A stretch of DNA of 64,000 bases from positions 47,055-111,054 of the forward strand of contig JBDRLW010000030.1 in the NCBI GenBank assembly GCA_043812655.1, given 5' to 3'. Position 1 is the stretch's first letter. Each line of letters starts with the position of its first letter. Below the pieces are notes generated by a model. The model saw nothing but the letters and a program-made list of their open reading frames with translations. It was not told where the DNA came from and did no database searches. This DNA is from a bacterium (lineage in GTDB: Bacteria > Margulisbacteria > WOR-1 > O2-12-FULL-45-9 > XYB2-FULL-48-7). A program made the translations under genes and the position numbers. Shown piece by piece: positions 10,221 through 20,258 of the stretch.

Positions 10221-10348
10221 TGGCAGAAAAAGTTATGAAGTGCGGTATCAAGAAAGAAAAAGGCTACCTTTATTTTATCGACAAATCAGGCGACATTTCC
10301 CGGGCTAAGATGGCCAGAGGTCGCAAAAAAGCAAAAAAACGCAGATAG
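10220..10348 (+). CDS. Small basic protein, 42 aa (not in ORF track)
   Basis: Strong SD AAAGGAGGTG at 10203-10212; MAEKVMKCGIKKEKGYLYFIDKSGDISRAKMARGRKKAKKRR*. Confidence 0.75.
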   Translation: MAEKVMKCGIKKEKGYLYFIDKSGDISRAKMARGRKKAKKRR

Positions 10349-10359
10349 TTTTGTTTAAG

Positions 10360-10423
10360 ACAACTAGCGGCTTGCAACTTCACCTGCAAGGCTTTTGGTT
10401 GTAAGTTGTAAGTCGTTAGTTGT
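10360..10423. repeat. Long imperfect inverted repeat with heptamer periodicity (possible terminator/hairpin)
   Basis: ACAACTAGCGGCTTGCAACTT pairs with AAGTTGTAAGTCGTTAGTTGT, mismatches being G-U compatible. Confidence 0.65.
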
Positions 10424-10434
10424 TAGTCCCCTGT

Positions 10435-10490
10435 GGAGAGGTAGCAAAGTGGTCAAATGTCCGCCTACGGCGGATAAATCAGGCGCCTCA
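10435..10490 (+). pseudogene. Partial tRNA-Tyr copy with a palindrome replacing part of the anticodon arm
   Basis: 24/25 identity to tRNA-Tyr 5' end, then TCCGCCTACGGCGGA, then 16 nt identical to the tRNA (TAAATCAGGCGCCTCA). Confidence 0.85.
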
Positions 10491-10498
10491 TAATTACA

Positions 10499-10756
10499 AT
10501 GTTTTATACATATGTGCTTCACAGTTTAAGCTTTGACTGTTATTATGTTGGAAGCACTGGGAACCTTGAAAAAAGAATACAAGAACATAATTCTGGTTTG
10601 TCCAGATTTACAAAGGGAAGAAAACCCTGGGAATTAGTCTATAAAGAAGAGTTTCCCACCAGGGGGGAAGCAATGAAAAGAGAAAAGTTTTTTAAATCTG
10701 GCCAAGGCAGGGAACTTATAAAAGAAAAATTGGCTCATCCTCGCTCGGAGGGGTAG
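10499..10756 (+). CDS. Small stand-alone GIY-YIG nuclease family protein
   Basis: FYTYVL...YYVGST..LEKRIQEHN...FTK..PWELVYKE...AMKREKFFKSG. Confidence 0.9.
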   Translation: MFYTYVLHSLSFDCYYVGSTGNLEKRIQEHNSGLSRFTKGRKPWELVYKEEFPTRGEAMKREKFFKSGQGRELIKEKLAHPRSEG

Positions 10757-10829
10757 CAAAGTGGTCAAATGCACCTGACTGTAAATCAGGCGCCTCACGG
10801 CTTCGAAGGTTCAAATCCTTCCCCCTCCA
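10747..10829 (+). tRNA. tRNA-Tyr(GTA)
   Basis: GGAGGGG/CCCCTCC acceptor stem, CCTGA-CTGTAAA-TCAGG anticodon arm, long variable arm, GGTTCAAATCC T-arm. Confidence 0.96.
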
Positions 10830-11032
10830 TTTTAGTTGGTACATTCCTGGCACCTCCTTTACAAAAGACTGAGCCGCCTTGTTAAAAATAAGGGATATCT
10901 CGTGTAACTAGCCATAAAATTTCGTTCGCTCGATCTTTAATCTCCCGGCTTCTACTCCCTTCTCCTAACTTCCAATAACACGTGGATTGGAATATTGACA
11001 GTCCAATCAAGCGATGGGAAAATACTGTCGAG

Positions 11033-11650
11033 ATGAAACGTAACATCAGTCTGCTTATGATTATAGCGCTGACAGTCGCCGGCGCGCTGGCCCATCAGCC
11101 GGTGATAGTGGACAGGGGCGAGATTAAAATTGAGAAGCCCGAAATCTCGCGCGCTTTTTACGGCGAGCTGAAGGGCCAGCCCCAGCTTTACAATATCTAT
11201 TCGGAAAAAGCTTTTGACCTCTACGTTAATCTTCTTGTCCCCAAAAACACCAACGCTGCCGGCCGCTATTCCGCGAACATTTATCAGATAATTGACAGCC
11301 GGCGCGTTTTTCTGGTTGAAATCAAGGCTGATTCAGTGGCCTGGAAAGAGCTCTACGAACCTTTTGGCGGCGATCATTACCTCAAAGGCCCGGAGTGGAA
11401 GCAAGCGGTGCCGGCCGGGCGTTTTGAGATCGAAGTTTACAATGCTGATAACCGTGGCAAATATGTGCTGGCGGTGGGAGAAAAAGAATTTTTTGGCCCC
11501 AAAGAGATCGCCAATGTTTATACTGAATTGCCAAAACTCAAGGGAGAGTTCTTTGGCGGCAATCCCGTTTCTTTTCTCTGGTCGCCGTTCGGCATCGCAG
11601 CGGTGATCGCGGCCGCAGGCATAATCTATCTCATTTCAAAAGCGCGCTGA
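11033..11650 (+). CDS. Hypothetical exported protein with C-terminal membrane anchor
   Basis: Signal peptide from MKRNISLL; C-terminal hydrophobic helix. Confidence 0.7.
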   Translation: MKRNISLLMIIALTVAGALAHQPVIVDRGEIKIEKPEISRAFYGELKGQPQLYNIYSEKAFDLYVNLLVPKNTNAAGRYSANIYQIIDSRRVFLVEIKADSVAWKELYEPFGGDHYLKGPEWKQAVPAGRFEIEVYNADNRGKYVLAVGEKEFFGPKEIANVYTELPKLKGEFFGGNPVSFLWSPFGIAAVIAAAGIIYLISKAR

Positions 11651-11761
11651 AACATTATGTAAATTTTTGTTTTGCTTCATACTGCCCCTGTTTTTTATTC
11701 CTATCTTTTTTCTTGTCCCTGCTGCCTGCAAATCATCCCTCTCATCTGCTATCATTATCCT

Positions 11762-12730
11762 ATGACCTGGGAATTACTTAACCACGAAAACATTTTAAGC
11801 ACCGTTGAAGCCACGCTTGGAGAAAGGTTAAGCAACCTTATTCTTCCCCGCAACAGCTACATCAATCGGGTTTATGAACTGGAAAAATATGATTCCAGGG
11901 AAAGGTTTATCGTTAAATTTTATCGTCCTGGTCGCTGGACGTTGGAACAAATTCAAGAAGAACATGATTTTCTATTCGAGCTTTCAGCCCAAGAAATTCC
12001 CGTCGTCCCACCAATTAAAATAAAGAATAAGACTCTTTTTCTTCTCCCAACTCCAACCCCCCCACTCCAACCTATCCCCTACACCCTATTCCCTAAAAGA
12101 TCCGGCCGCGCTCTGGACGAGTTTGACAAAAACGCCTGGGAAGAGCTGGGACGCCTTATCGCTAGAATGCACCTTGTCGGAGAAACTCGCAAGGCCAGCG
12201 GCAGAGTTTTTTGGCGGCCAGCAATAGCAACCAAACATCATCTTGAAACAATTTTAAAAACCAGCTTTCTTCTTCCAAAATTTGACGCCGCCTTTAAACA
12301 AGCAACTGAAGCCTTTATTAAAAAGGCTGACCCGTCCTTTGAAAACCAAAACAACATCTTGCTCCACGGCGATTGCCATAAAGGAAATCTGATCCACCGG
12401 CCCAACGAAGGCATTTTTATTATTGATTTTGACGATATCTGTTTTGGGCCGGCGGTTCAAGACCTTTGGCTTCTCCTTCCCGATGTTCCAGACAACTGCC
12501 AAAAAGAACTCTCTTGGTTTATTAAAGGCTATGAAACATTCCGTCCTTTCCCTGCAACTTCTCTCTCCCTTATTCCTTTTCTTCGTGGGATGCGCCTTAT
12601 CCATTTCGCCGCTTGGCTCGCCGTCCAGTGCCATGAACCGGATTTCTTTATCCATTTTCCCGAAGCGAAAAGCGCCCGCTATCAAAACGAATTAATTAAA
12701 GAGTTGCAGGAAATCTCTGTTACAGTATAA
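11762..12730 (+). CDS. srkA: SrkA/RdoA-like Ser/Thr kinase (APH family)
   Basis: NSYINRVY, KFYRPGRW..EQIQEEHDF, LHGDCHKGN, IDFDD, GPAVQDLW. Confidence 0.85.
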   Translation: MTWELLNHENILSTVEATLGERLSNLILPRNSYINRVYELEKYDSRERFIVKFYRPGRWTLEQIQEEHDFLFELSAQEIPVVPPIKIKNKTLFLLPTPTPPLQPIPYTLFPKRSGRALDEFDKNAWEELGRLIARMHLVGETRKASGRVFWRPAIATKHHLETILKTSFLLPKFDAAFKQATEAFIKKADPSFENQNNILLHGDCHKGNLIHRPNEGIFIIDFDDICFGPAVQDLWLLLPDVPDNCQKELSWFIKGYETFRPFPATSLSLIPFLRGMRLIHFAAWLAVQCHEPDFFIHFPEAKSARYQNELIKELQEISVTV

Positions 12731-12742
12731 TATGGTAACCAT

Positions 12743-14581
12743 ATGAAAAAGGCATTGAGATGGCTAGCAATAATGGTCGGCGTCCTTATCCTTCTTTTAG
12801 TTGTCGGCATGATCGCCCTCCCCTTTATTTTCCCGCTGGACAAAATTAAAGACTTTGCGACCACCAAGATCTCCGAATCGATCCACCGGGAAGTTAAGAT
12901 AAACAAAGTTTCCTTTAATATTTTTTCCGGCATCAAACTGGAAGGCCTTTATGTCGGCAACCGTTCCGGGTTTGCCAAGAGGCCTTTTATTTCTGCCGAT
13001 TCGATCGATCTCCATTACGCCTTCTGGCCGCTCTTTTCCCGCCAGATCATTATTAAAGAAATAAGCTTGGTTAAGCCGCAGATCCTGGTTGAAAAAAATG
13101 CCCGCGGCGAGTTTAACTTTTCCGACATGATCGCCAAGCCCTCATCGCCAAACGCTTCGCCTGTCGCATCCGCCAAACGAACATCGCCCCCTTTCGATCT
13201 TTTCGTAACCGCCTTCTCCATTAAGAACGGCAAGCTTTCTTATGTCGACAATTCAACCAAAACCATCAGTGAAATAAAAAACCTTGGCGTTAAAATTTCT
13301 GGGTTTGAGCTGGCCCTGGTTAAACCGATCAACCTCAAGGTTTCTGCCGATGTCAATTATCAGGGAAAAGATATTCCAGTTTCTCTGGCCGGTAAAATCG
13401 GCGTTAACCTGGCGGAAGAATCTATTAACATCCCTTCTCTTGCTCTTTCGATCGCTGGGGAAAGCCTAAACGCAACGGCCAAAGTTTCATCCTGGAAGGT
13501 CGCGCCGCAAATAAATTTTTCCCTCAATTCCGGAGGGTTTAATGTTGACCCCCTCCTGGCGATCTTTGCAGCTTCCGCCCCAGCTAAAAAAACAAAACCA
13601 GTTCCCGGCGCCCTAACCAAAACGATCAACCAGGCCACCGCCTCCATCCCAGCCAATGTCGGAGTTAAGGGAGAAGTTAATGTAAACAACTTAACCTTCC
13701 AAAAGTTCAAGGTCGACAAGATAGGACTTTCGCTTTCTCTCGCCCGCAAGGTTGCTACCGCCTCCCTTCGTGAAATTAAATTTTCCGGTGGAACCTTGAC
13801 CGGTAAGGCTGTTGTCAACCTAAATACCCCCGGGCTTGGTTATGAGGTTAGCGACCTTAAGTTGGCCGGCTTTGATGCGCATCCATTTTCCAACTCTGTG
13901 GTCGAAACTTTTTTAACCACCCTGCCCGACTATAAAGACTTGATCGACAAAGCCTATGGGACGCTGGACCTTTCTGCCTCTCTTTCTGGCCGTGGCGTTG
14001 AACCGAATGATATCATGGCAAACCTCAACGGCGAAGCTTCTCTCTCGCTAAAGAATGGCGAGCTAAAAAGGCTTAAAACCTTGGCTTCCGTCGGCCAAAC
14101 CTTGAAGTCAAACACCCTGCAAGGAGATGTTAAGTTTGGCGAGCTAACCGCCGCCGCGAGCATTAGCAAAAAAGTTGTTAACGTAAAAACATTAAAGCTC
14201 GACAACCAAGACTTTGGCTTGAATTTTAAGGGGGGTGTTGATCTTGGCCGCTTGGTTTGGGTTGCCGGCAACCGCCTGACCCTAAAGCTTTCCCCTGCGA
14301 ACACCAAAAACCTGCCTCAACAATTTTCCTTAATGCGGGACGACAAGGGCTGGCTGGAGATCACCTTTGAATTAACCGGAGGACTCACCAAGCCGTTCCC
14401 CAAACCGATCTTAGACAAACCGATCGAAGCCGCTGTCGGCAAACTAAAGGTTAAAATAGAAGCTAAAAAAGTTGAGATCGAAAATCAAGCAAAGGCAGAG
14501 GCCCAGAAAAAGCTGGACGCCGAAAAAGCCCGACTCCAAGAAGAAGCCAAGAATAAGCTAAAAAACCTCATTAAGTTTTAA
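12743..14581 (+). CDS. AsmA family protein
   Basis: N-terminal TM anchor and AsmA-like N-domain (IKEISLVKPQILVEKNARGEFNFSD); beta-rich. Confidence 0.75.
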   Translation: MKKALRWLAIMVGVLILLLVVGMIALPFIFPLDKIKDFATTKISESIHREVKINKVSFNIFSGIKLEGLYVGNRSGFAKRPFISADSIDLHYAFWPLFSRQIIIKEISLVKPQILVEKNARGEFNFSDMIAKPSSPNASPVASAKRTSPPFDLFVTAFSIKNGKLSYVDNSTKTISEIKNLGVKISGFELALVKPINLKVSADVNYQGKDIPVSLAGKIGVNLAEESINIPSLALSIAGESLNATAKVSSWKVAPQINFSLNSGGFNVDPLLAIFAASAPAKKTKPVPGALTKTINQATASIPANVGVKGEVNVNNLTFQKFKVDKIGLSLSLARKVATASLREIKFSGGTLTGKAVVNLNTPGLGYEVSDLKLAGFDAHPFSNSVVETFLTTLPDYKDLIDKAYGTLDLSASLSGRGVEPNDIMANLNGEASLSLKNGELKRLKTLASVGQTLKSNTLQGDVKFGELTAAASISKKVVNVKTLKLDNQDFGLNFKGGVDLGRLVWVAGNRLTLKLSPANTKNLPQQFSLMRDDKGWLEITFELTGGLTKPFPKPILDKPIEAAVGKLKVKIEAKKVEIENQAKAEAQKKLDAEKARLQEEAKNKLKNLIKF

Positions 14582-14583
14582 CG

Positions 14584-14610
14584 CAAGTTTTCCCCTCCAA
14601 ACCTCGATAT
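14584..14610 (+). promoter_or_regulatory. sigma28-like promoter
   Basis: CAAG-N15-CTCGATAT, 11 nt before ATG 14622. Confidence 0.5.
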
Positions 14611-14621
14611 ATATAGTAGAT

Positions 14622-14951
14622 ATGAGAGCTATAACAATTGCCCTATTATTGATCGCCTTTTTTGCCGGGTTGGCCTGGAGCGAACCTGTCGCCAACATTA
14701 AAGAGCTATATTCAGCCCCTAGTGAAAATTCCAACTTAGTCTATAAGATCCCGATCGATGTTAAGATTCTTGAGGTCTCCCCAGACGGCAATTGGCATAA
14801 AGTCAGGATAGCATATTCTTTTGGCCCTCTTTCATATTCCTATGTCGGCTGGGCCAAAGTCCCTGTTGGCGATATCTTAGCCGCCAGGCTAGAGACTGAG
14901 GAGCTCGCCATCATCGATGAAGCTCCCCCAGAAAAGATTGCTTCAAAGTAA
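14622..14951 (+). CDS. Small exported protein, SH3-like domain
   Basis: Signal peptide; LYSAPS...ILEVSPDGNWHKV...GW pattern. Confidence 0.6.
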   Translation: MRAITIALLLIAFFAGLAWSEPVANIKELYSAPSENSNLVYKIPIDVKILEVSPDGNWHKVRIAYSFGPLSYSYVGWAKVPVGDILAARLETEELAIIDEAPPEKIASK

Positions 14952-14975
14952 CTAGTTTGTTATAATCGCCTTAAG

Positions 14976-15488
14976 TTGAAAGACGAACTAAAAAAACTCC
15001 TCAAAGAGACTGGCGCCGTTAAAGCTGGCGAATTTATCCTCTCCTCTGGCAAGAAAAGCAATCTTTATATTGACTGCCGCAAGATCACTTTACACCCCCA
15101 AGGCTCACGGCTTATCGCCAAGATCATCTTGGAAAAAATCAAAGGCTTAAATGTCCAGGCGATCGGCGGCATGACGCTTGGGGCTGACCCAATTACCTCC
15201 TCTGTTGTTGCCTTAAGTGAGATTCCCGGCTTTATCGTTAGGAAAAAAGAAAAAGAACACGGAACGAAACAAAGGATTGAAGGGATTCTCCAGCCCGGCT
15301 GGAATGTCGTGATTGTCGAGGATGTTTCAACCACCGGCGGTTCCGCGCTTCAAGCGATCGAAGCGGTTGAATCTTTTGGCGCCAAAGTCGTCAAGGTTAT
15401 TTCTGTTGTTGACCGTGAGGAAGGATCTGCCGACGCCTTTAAAAACTACTCCTTCGACCCTATCTTTAAAAAGTCTGAACTTGTCTGA
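14976..15488 (+). CDS. pyrE: Orotate phosphoribosyltransferase
   Basis: GEFILSSGKKSNLYIDCR, VRKKEKEHG, VEDVSTTGGS. Confidence 0.95.
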   Translation: MKDELKKLLKETGAVKAGEFILSSGKKSNLYIDCRKITLHPQGSRLIAKIILEKIKGLNVQAIGGMTLGADPITSSVVALSEIPGFIVRKKEKEHGTKQRIEGILQPGWNVVIVEDVSTTGGSALQAIEAVESFGAKVVKVISVVDREEGSADAFKNYSFDPIFKKSELV

Positions 15489-15523
15489 TCTTCTGGTAAT
15501 CTGATATACTGATTATCTAACCC

Positions 15524-15596
<73 letters not shown>

Positions 15597-15680
15597 TTCA
15601 CTTGACAGGAGGGCGGGGTTTCGTAGTATAATTATAATTCGAGACAAAATCATTTTGATGTATTATAGGAGGTAAAGAAA

Positions 15681-16874
15681 ATGGCCAGAGAAAAGTTTGA
15701 AAGGAAAAAGCCCCACGTAAACATTGGGACGATCGGACACGTTGATCACGGGAAAACTACATTAACCTCGGCGATCACCAAGGTTCTCGCCATGAAGGGA
15801 ATGGCCAAGGCCAAAGCCTTCGACGAGATCGACAGCGCCCCGGAAGAAAAGGCCCGTGGTATAACCATCGCAATCGCCCACGTTGAATACGAAACCGATA
15901 AAAGGCATTATGCCCACATCGACTGCCCGGGACACGCTGACTATGTTAAGAACATGGTCATCGGCGCTGCGCAGATGGACGGAGCGATCTTGGTCGTTTC
16001 TGCCGCCGACGGCCCAATGCCCCAAACCCGTGAACATATCTTGCTAGCCCGTCAAGTTAACGTCCCGGCGATCGTCGTTTTCTTAAACAAGGTTGACATG
16101 GTTGACGATCCAGAGCTAGTCGATCTAGTCGAAGTTGAAACCAGGGATCTGTTAACAAAGTACAAATTTCCTGGCAATGACATCCCGATCATCCGCGGCT
16201 CCGCTTTAAAGGCCATGGAAGCCGCTGACGTCAACAGCCCAGATGTCAAGCCAATCCTTGACCTTATGGATGCTGTCGACAATTACATTCCCGAACCTAA
16301 GCGGCCGCTCGACCAGCCATTCTTGATGCCGATCGAGGACGTTTTCACTATTACCGGGCGAGGCACTGTCGGCACCGGCAGGATTGAACGCGGCGTCGTT
16401 AAGGTTGGCGAAGAAGTCGAATTAATGGGTCTTGGTTCACACAAAAAAGCGGTCGTGACCGGCGTCGAAATGTTCCGCAAAACCCTTGACGAGGGCCGAG
16501 CTGGAGACAACGTCGGCTTGCTGATGCGCGGCATTGAAAAAGAAGAGATCCAACGCGGCATGGTCGCAGCCAAACCCGGCTCGATCAAGCCACACAAAAA
16601 GTTTGAGGCCCAGGTCTACGTTTTGACCAAAGAAGAGGGCGGCCGTCACACCCCATTCTTTAATGGTTATAAACCCCAGTTCTTCATCAGGACCACCGAC
16701 GTTACTGGCGAGATCAAATTGCCGGATAAAGTTGAAATGGTCATGCCTGGAGATAACGTCACGATGACCGTTGAGTTGATCACCGATATCGCCGTTGAAG
16801 AAGGCTTAAGGTTCGCCATCAGAGAAGGCGGCCGAACCGTTGGGGCTGGAGCCGTAACTAAGATCTTGGCTTAA
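15681..16874 (+). CDS. tuf: Elongation factor Tu
   Basis: [39 protein letters not shown]. Confidence 0.99.
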   Translation: MAREKFERKKPHVNIGTIGHVDHGKTTLTSAITKVLAMKGMAKAKAFDEIDSAPEEKARGITIAIAHVEYETDKRHYAHIDCPGHADYVKNMVIGAAQMDGAILVVSAADGPMPQTREHILLARQVNVPAIVVFLNKVDMVDDPELVDLVEVETRDLLTKYKFPGNDIPIIRGSALKAMEAADVNSPDVKPILDLMDAVDNYIPEPKRPLDQPFLMPIEDVFTITGRGTVGTGRIERGVVKVGEEVELMGLGSHKKAVVTGVEMFRKTLDEGRAGDNVGLLMRGIEKEEIQRGMVAAKPGSIKPHKKFEAQVYVLTKEEGGRHTPFFNGYKPQFFIRTTDVTGEIKLPDKVEMVMPGDNVTMTVELITDIAVEEGLRFAIREGGRTVGAGAVTKILA

Positions 16875-16880
16875 CAAAAA

Positions 16881-18197
16881 TTGAACAGAGCCATCCGTTT
16901 ACTTGGCTTAATGGCGACGATTTCAATAATCGTCGCCATTTGTTTTTTGCTCTTTGATTTTTTCCAGTCGCGCGAAATATTCCCCACCAAAACCTATATC
17001 GGCAAGGTGAACGTCTCCGGCTTGACCAAGGAAAAAGCCAACGATAAACTCCGCAGTTACCGAATGGCGGAAATTTTTTCTCCAATCATTACTTTTGAAG
17101 TTGAGGCTAATGCCTTTTCTTTTTCCCCTGAAGCGCTCGGCCTCACTATTGATTATGGCAAATCTCTTGACCAAGCCTTTGCCTTGTCCCACAAAGAAAG
17201 CTATATCAAAGACCTTAAGTCGCGCCTGTCTAGCAAGATCCTTTTCTGCCCTCTCTTTTTCAAGGTTAACGACAACGCGCTTAAAGATGTTTTAACAGGT
17301 TTAACCCCCCTCCTCCAATCCTCCCCTCGGAATGCCTCGTTTATCTTTTATGAAAAGAGAGGTTCTTATCATATTGAAAATGAAGAGTTGGGGCGAGAGG
17401 TTTTGGTCGATAAGACTATCGCCTCGTTTAAGGAGCGCTTAGCCAAGGAAGAGAAGCGTTTCCCGATCGAGCTAGCTTATCAGGAGCCGGCCATCACCGC
17501 AAAAGTTTTACGGGAGGCTCCGCCCATTTATCGCTTGTCTGCCTTTACCACTTTTTACGGCCGTCATGACTCACCAAACCGGATCCATAACATTAAGCTT
17601 GTTGCCTCTTGGGTCGATAATACAATCCTTCTTCCTGGCCAGGTTTTTTCTGTCGCTGATATCTTGGGAGATGTTACTTCGGCTCGGGGCTTTAAAGAAG
17701 CCTATGTTATTTTAGCTGGCGTTTTAGTCCCTACTTTGGGCGGCGGCTCCTGCCAGATTGCCACAACCCTTTATAACGCCGCCATACTGGCCGACCTTAA
17801 GATCGTTCAGCGAAAAAACCATTCTTTCTATTTTAATATTTATCCTTTGGGGCGCGATGCCGGCGTTTACCCTGGCCAGCTCGATATGAAGTTTGAAAAC
17901 GATACCGGCAAGCCCATTTTAATCAAGGCCATTGCCACCAACAGCCGCCTTTCTTTTCGGATCTATGGGACACCTACCGGGAAAAAGGTCAAGCTCTCTT
18001 CTCCTGCCGTTTTTATGAAGGGCAAACCGGCGACCGTAAAGCAGGTCTTGGCTGCCGACCTCCCCTTTGTTACGGTCATTAAAAAGACCGTCTTTAGCCA
18101 GAACGGAAAAAAGATAAACGAAGAAGAGATCGTCAGCCGTTATAAATTATATGGCGAAAAAGACAATGTTCCTATTGCCCGCCCAGAACCACGATGA
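16881..18197 (+). CDS. VanW family protein with peptidoglycan-binding region
   Basis: NRIHNIKL, GGGSCQIATTLYNA, RKNHS, GRDA, DMKFEN. Confidence 0.85.
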   Translation: MNRAIRLLGLMATISIIVAICFLLFDFFQSREIFPTKTYIGKVNVSGLTKEKANDKLRSYRMAEIFSPIITFEVEANAFSFSPEALGLTIDYGKSLDQAFALSHKESYIKDLKSRLSSKILFCPLFFKVNDNALKDVLTGLTPLLQSSPRNASFIFYEKRGSYHIENEELGREVLVDKTIASFKERLAKEEKRFPIELAYQEPAITAKVLREAPPIYRLSAFTTFYGRHDSPNRIHNIKLVASWVDNTILLPGQVFSVADILGDVTSARGFKEAYVILAGVLVPTLGGGSCQIATTLYNAAILADLKIVQRKNHSFYFNIYPLGRDAGVYPGQLDMKFENDTGKPILIKAIATNSRLSFRIYGTPTGKKVKLSSPAVFMKGKPATVKQVLAADLPFVTVIKKTVFSQNGKKINEEEIVSRYKLYGEKDNVPIARPEPR

Positions 18198-18988
18198 CAA
18201 ACCAGCAAACAATTAAGCAAGAAATTTCCCTTGAGGGGGTCGGGATCCATTCAGGCCAGCCGGCCAAGGTCATCATCCGTCCTGCTCCCGAAAATAAGGG
18301 TATTGTTTTTTTTAAAAAGGACATTGAAATTCCTGCGGTCCTTGCCTCCCTCTCTTCAACCAATCGGTCAACTTCTCTCGCTGGCCTCTCTTTAGTCGAG
18401 CACTTTCTCTCTGCCGCCGCTGGGCTGGGAATTGATAATTTGTCAGTCGAAATAATTGGAAATGAATTGCCCATTTTAGACGGGAGCGCTGCTCCCTACG
18501 CCTACGCGTTAAAAAATGCCGGCATCATAAGGCAACTCGCCGATAAAAACTTCCTGCGTCTTCCTCTCCCCGTTAGATTAGAAGCCGGCGAAGCCTTTCT
18601 TGAGGCAGTTCCCTATAATGGCTTCGCTGTCGATTTTATGGTAAACTTTAAAGGTGTTGGCGAGCAGTCTTTCTTTTTTGACGACTTGAAACAAGACTAT
18701 CTGGCCGAGATCGCGCCCGCCCGGACCTTTGGTTATTTGCATGAACATGAGGCGCTTAAAAAAAAGGGGTTAGGGCTTGGCGCCTCGCTTGAAAATGCCC
18801 TAGTGATCGGGGAAAAAGGGTTTGTTAACCAACCCCGTTTCCCTGAAGAGTTGGCCAGGCATAAAATCTTAGATTTGATCGGTGATTTAGCCCTCGCCGG
18901 CAGACCGATCAAGGCTAAAATAAGGGCTGTCCGCTCCGGACACAAATTAAACATTGAATTATTGAGGAGGGTGTTAATCAATGGCTGA
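18194..18988 (+). CDS. lpxC: UDP-3-O-acyl-GlcNAc deacetylase
   Basis: [37 protein letters not shown]. Confidence 0.95.
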   Translation: MTNQQTIKQEISLEGVGIHSGQPAKVIIRPAPENKGIVFFKKDIEIPAVLASLSSTNRSTSLAGLSLVEHFLSAAAGLGIDNLSVEIIGNELPILDGSAAPYAYALKNAGIIRQLADKNFLRLPLPVRLEAGEAFLEAVPYNGFAVDFMVNFKGVGEQSFFFDDLKQDYLAEIAPARTFGYLHEHEALKKKGLGLGASLENALVIGEKGFVNQPRFPEELARHKILDLIGDLALAGRPIKAKIRAVRSGHKLNIELLRRVLING

Positions 18989-20258
18989 ATTAGATATTAA
19001 AGAGATCATGAAAATTATTCCCCATCGCTATCCTTTTCTTTTGATCGACCAAGTGGTTGAGATCGAAGAAGGAAAAAGGGCTGTTGCCATTAAAAACGTG
19101 ACTATGAACGAGCCGCAGTTTACTGGCCATTTTCCTGGTATCCCTATCATGCCTGGTGTTTTAATTATTGAAGCCTTGGCCCAGGTTGGGGTGGTTATGG
19201 CCCTGCGCATCCCGGCCAATGAAGGCAAGCTTGTGGTTTTTGCAGGTATCGATGGCGTCCGTTTTCGCCGACCTGTCGTCCCTGGCGATCAACTCCGGCT
19301 TGAAGTTGAGACGGTTTGGACCCGAGGCGCTCTTGGAAAAATGAAAGGGAAAGCCACCGTTAATGGTGAGGTTGCCGCCGAAGGTGAGTTTATGTTTTCC
19401 CTCGCCGATAAAACCGCCTCTGGCCAAAAGATCCATCCCACCGCCACGATCCACGCCAAGGCTCAACTTGGGAAAAACGTCGAGATCGGGCCAGGCGTTG
19501 TGATCGGAGCCGACGTGAAGATCGGTGAAGGAACTAAAGTTGACGCTCACGCTGTTATCACCGGTTGGACCACGATCGGAAAAAACAACCACATTTACAA
19601 TAGCGTTACGATTGGCGTCCCTCCCCAGGACGTTAAATATAAAGGGGAAAAAGGCGAGATAATAATTGGCGACAATAATTTGATCCGTGAGTTTGTCACC
19701 GTCCATATTCCTTCCGCTGGCGGACAGACAACTATCGGCAACGATAATTTTATTATGGTCCACGCCCACATTCCCCATAACTGTAAGATCGGCAATCAAG
19801 TCGTGATCGGCGGATATGTTGGCTTGGCTGGTTACACCCAGATCGGAGACCAAGTTATTATCGGCGGCATGGCCGGGATCCACCAGTTCGTCCGGATCGG
19901 CCGGCTTACCATGGTTGGAGCACAATCTAAGGTTACCCAAGACATCCCTCCTTTTATGTTGGTTGAAGGAAATCCCGCCCAGGTTCGTGGGGTCAACTCG
20001 ATCGGCATTCAACGGCGAGGGATTTCCAATGACGCCGCCAGCGAGATCAAAAAAGCCTTTAAATTGATCTACGAATCGGGCCATAATACTCCTGAGGCGG
20101 TTAAAGAGATCCGGAAACGCTTGCGCCATCTTCCCGAGATAGAACTCTTGGCCTCTTTCTTAGAAAAGGATAGCCATCGCGGGATCAGTAAAAAGACCGC
20201 GCTTGAAGAAGAGGCGGAAGAACTCCTCCTCCCCGAAATCCCTGAACTTGGGATATGA
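18981..20258 (+). CDS. fabZ-lpxA: Fused FabZ dehydratase / LpxA UDP-GlcNAc acyltransferase
   Basis: N-terminal [22 protein letters not shown] (FabZ) in one frame with hexapeptide repeats, PQDVKY, IREFVT, HQFVRIG (LpxA). Confidence 0.92.
   Translation: MAELDIKEIMKIIPHRYPFLLIDQVVEIEEGKRAVAIKNVTMNEPQFTGHFPGIPIMPGVLIIEALAQVGVVMALRIPANEGKLVVFAGIDGVRFRRPVVPGDQLRLEVETVWTRGALGKMKGKATVNGEVAAEGEFMFSLADKTASGQKIHPTATIHAKAQLGKNVEIGPGVVIGADVKIGEGTKVDAHAVITGWTTIGKNNHIYNSVTIGVPPQDVKYKGEKGEIIIGDNNLIREFVTVHIPSAGGQTTIGNDNFIMVHAHIPHNCKIGNQVVIGGYVGLAGYTQIGDQVIIGGMAGIHQFVRIGRLTMVGAQSKVTQDIPPFMLVEGNPAQVRGVNSIGIQRRGISNDAASEIKKAFKLIYESGHNTPEAVKEIRKRLRHLPEIELLASFLEKDSHRGISKKTALEEEAEELLLPEIPELGI

Noticed and set aside
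10435..10829. Group I intron with homing endonuclease in tRNA-Tyr
   Set aside because: The downstream tRNA is complete and there is no room for a ribozyme core around the ORF
10847..10860. CTGGCACCTCCTTT resembling the 16S rRNA 3' end, or an antisense SD with an ORF across tRNA-Tyr
   Set aside because: No other rRNA sequence nearby; the antisense ORF runs through a tRNA and has no recognisable protein features
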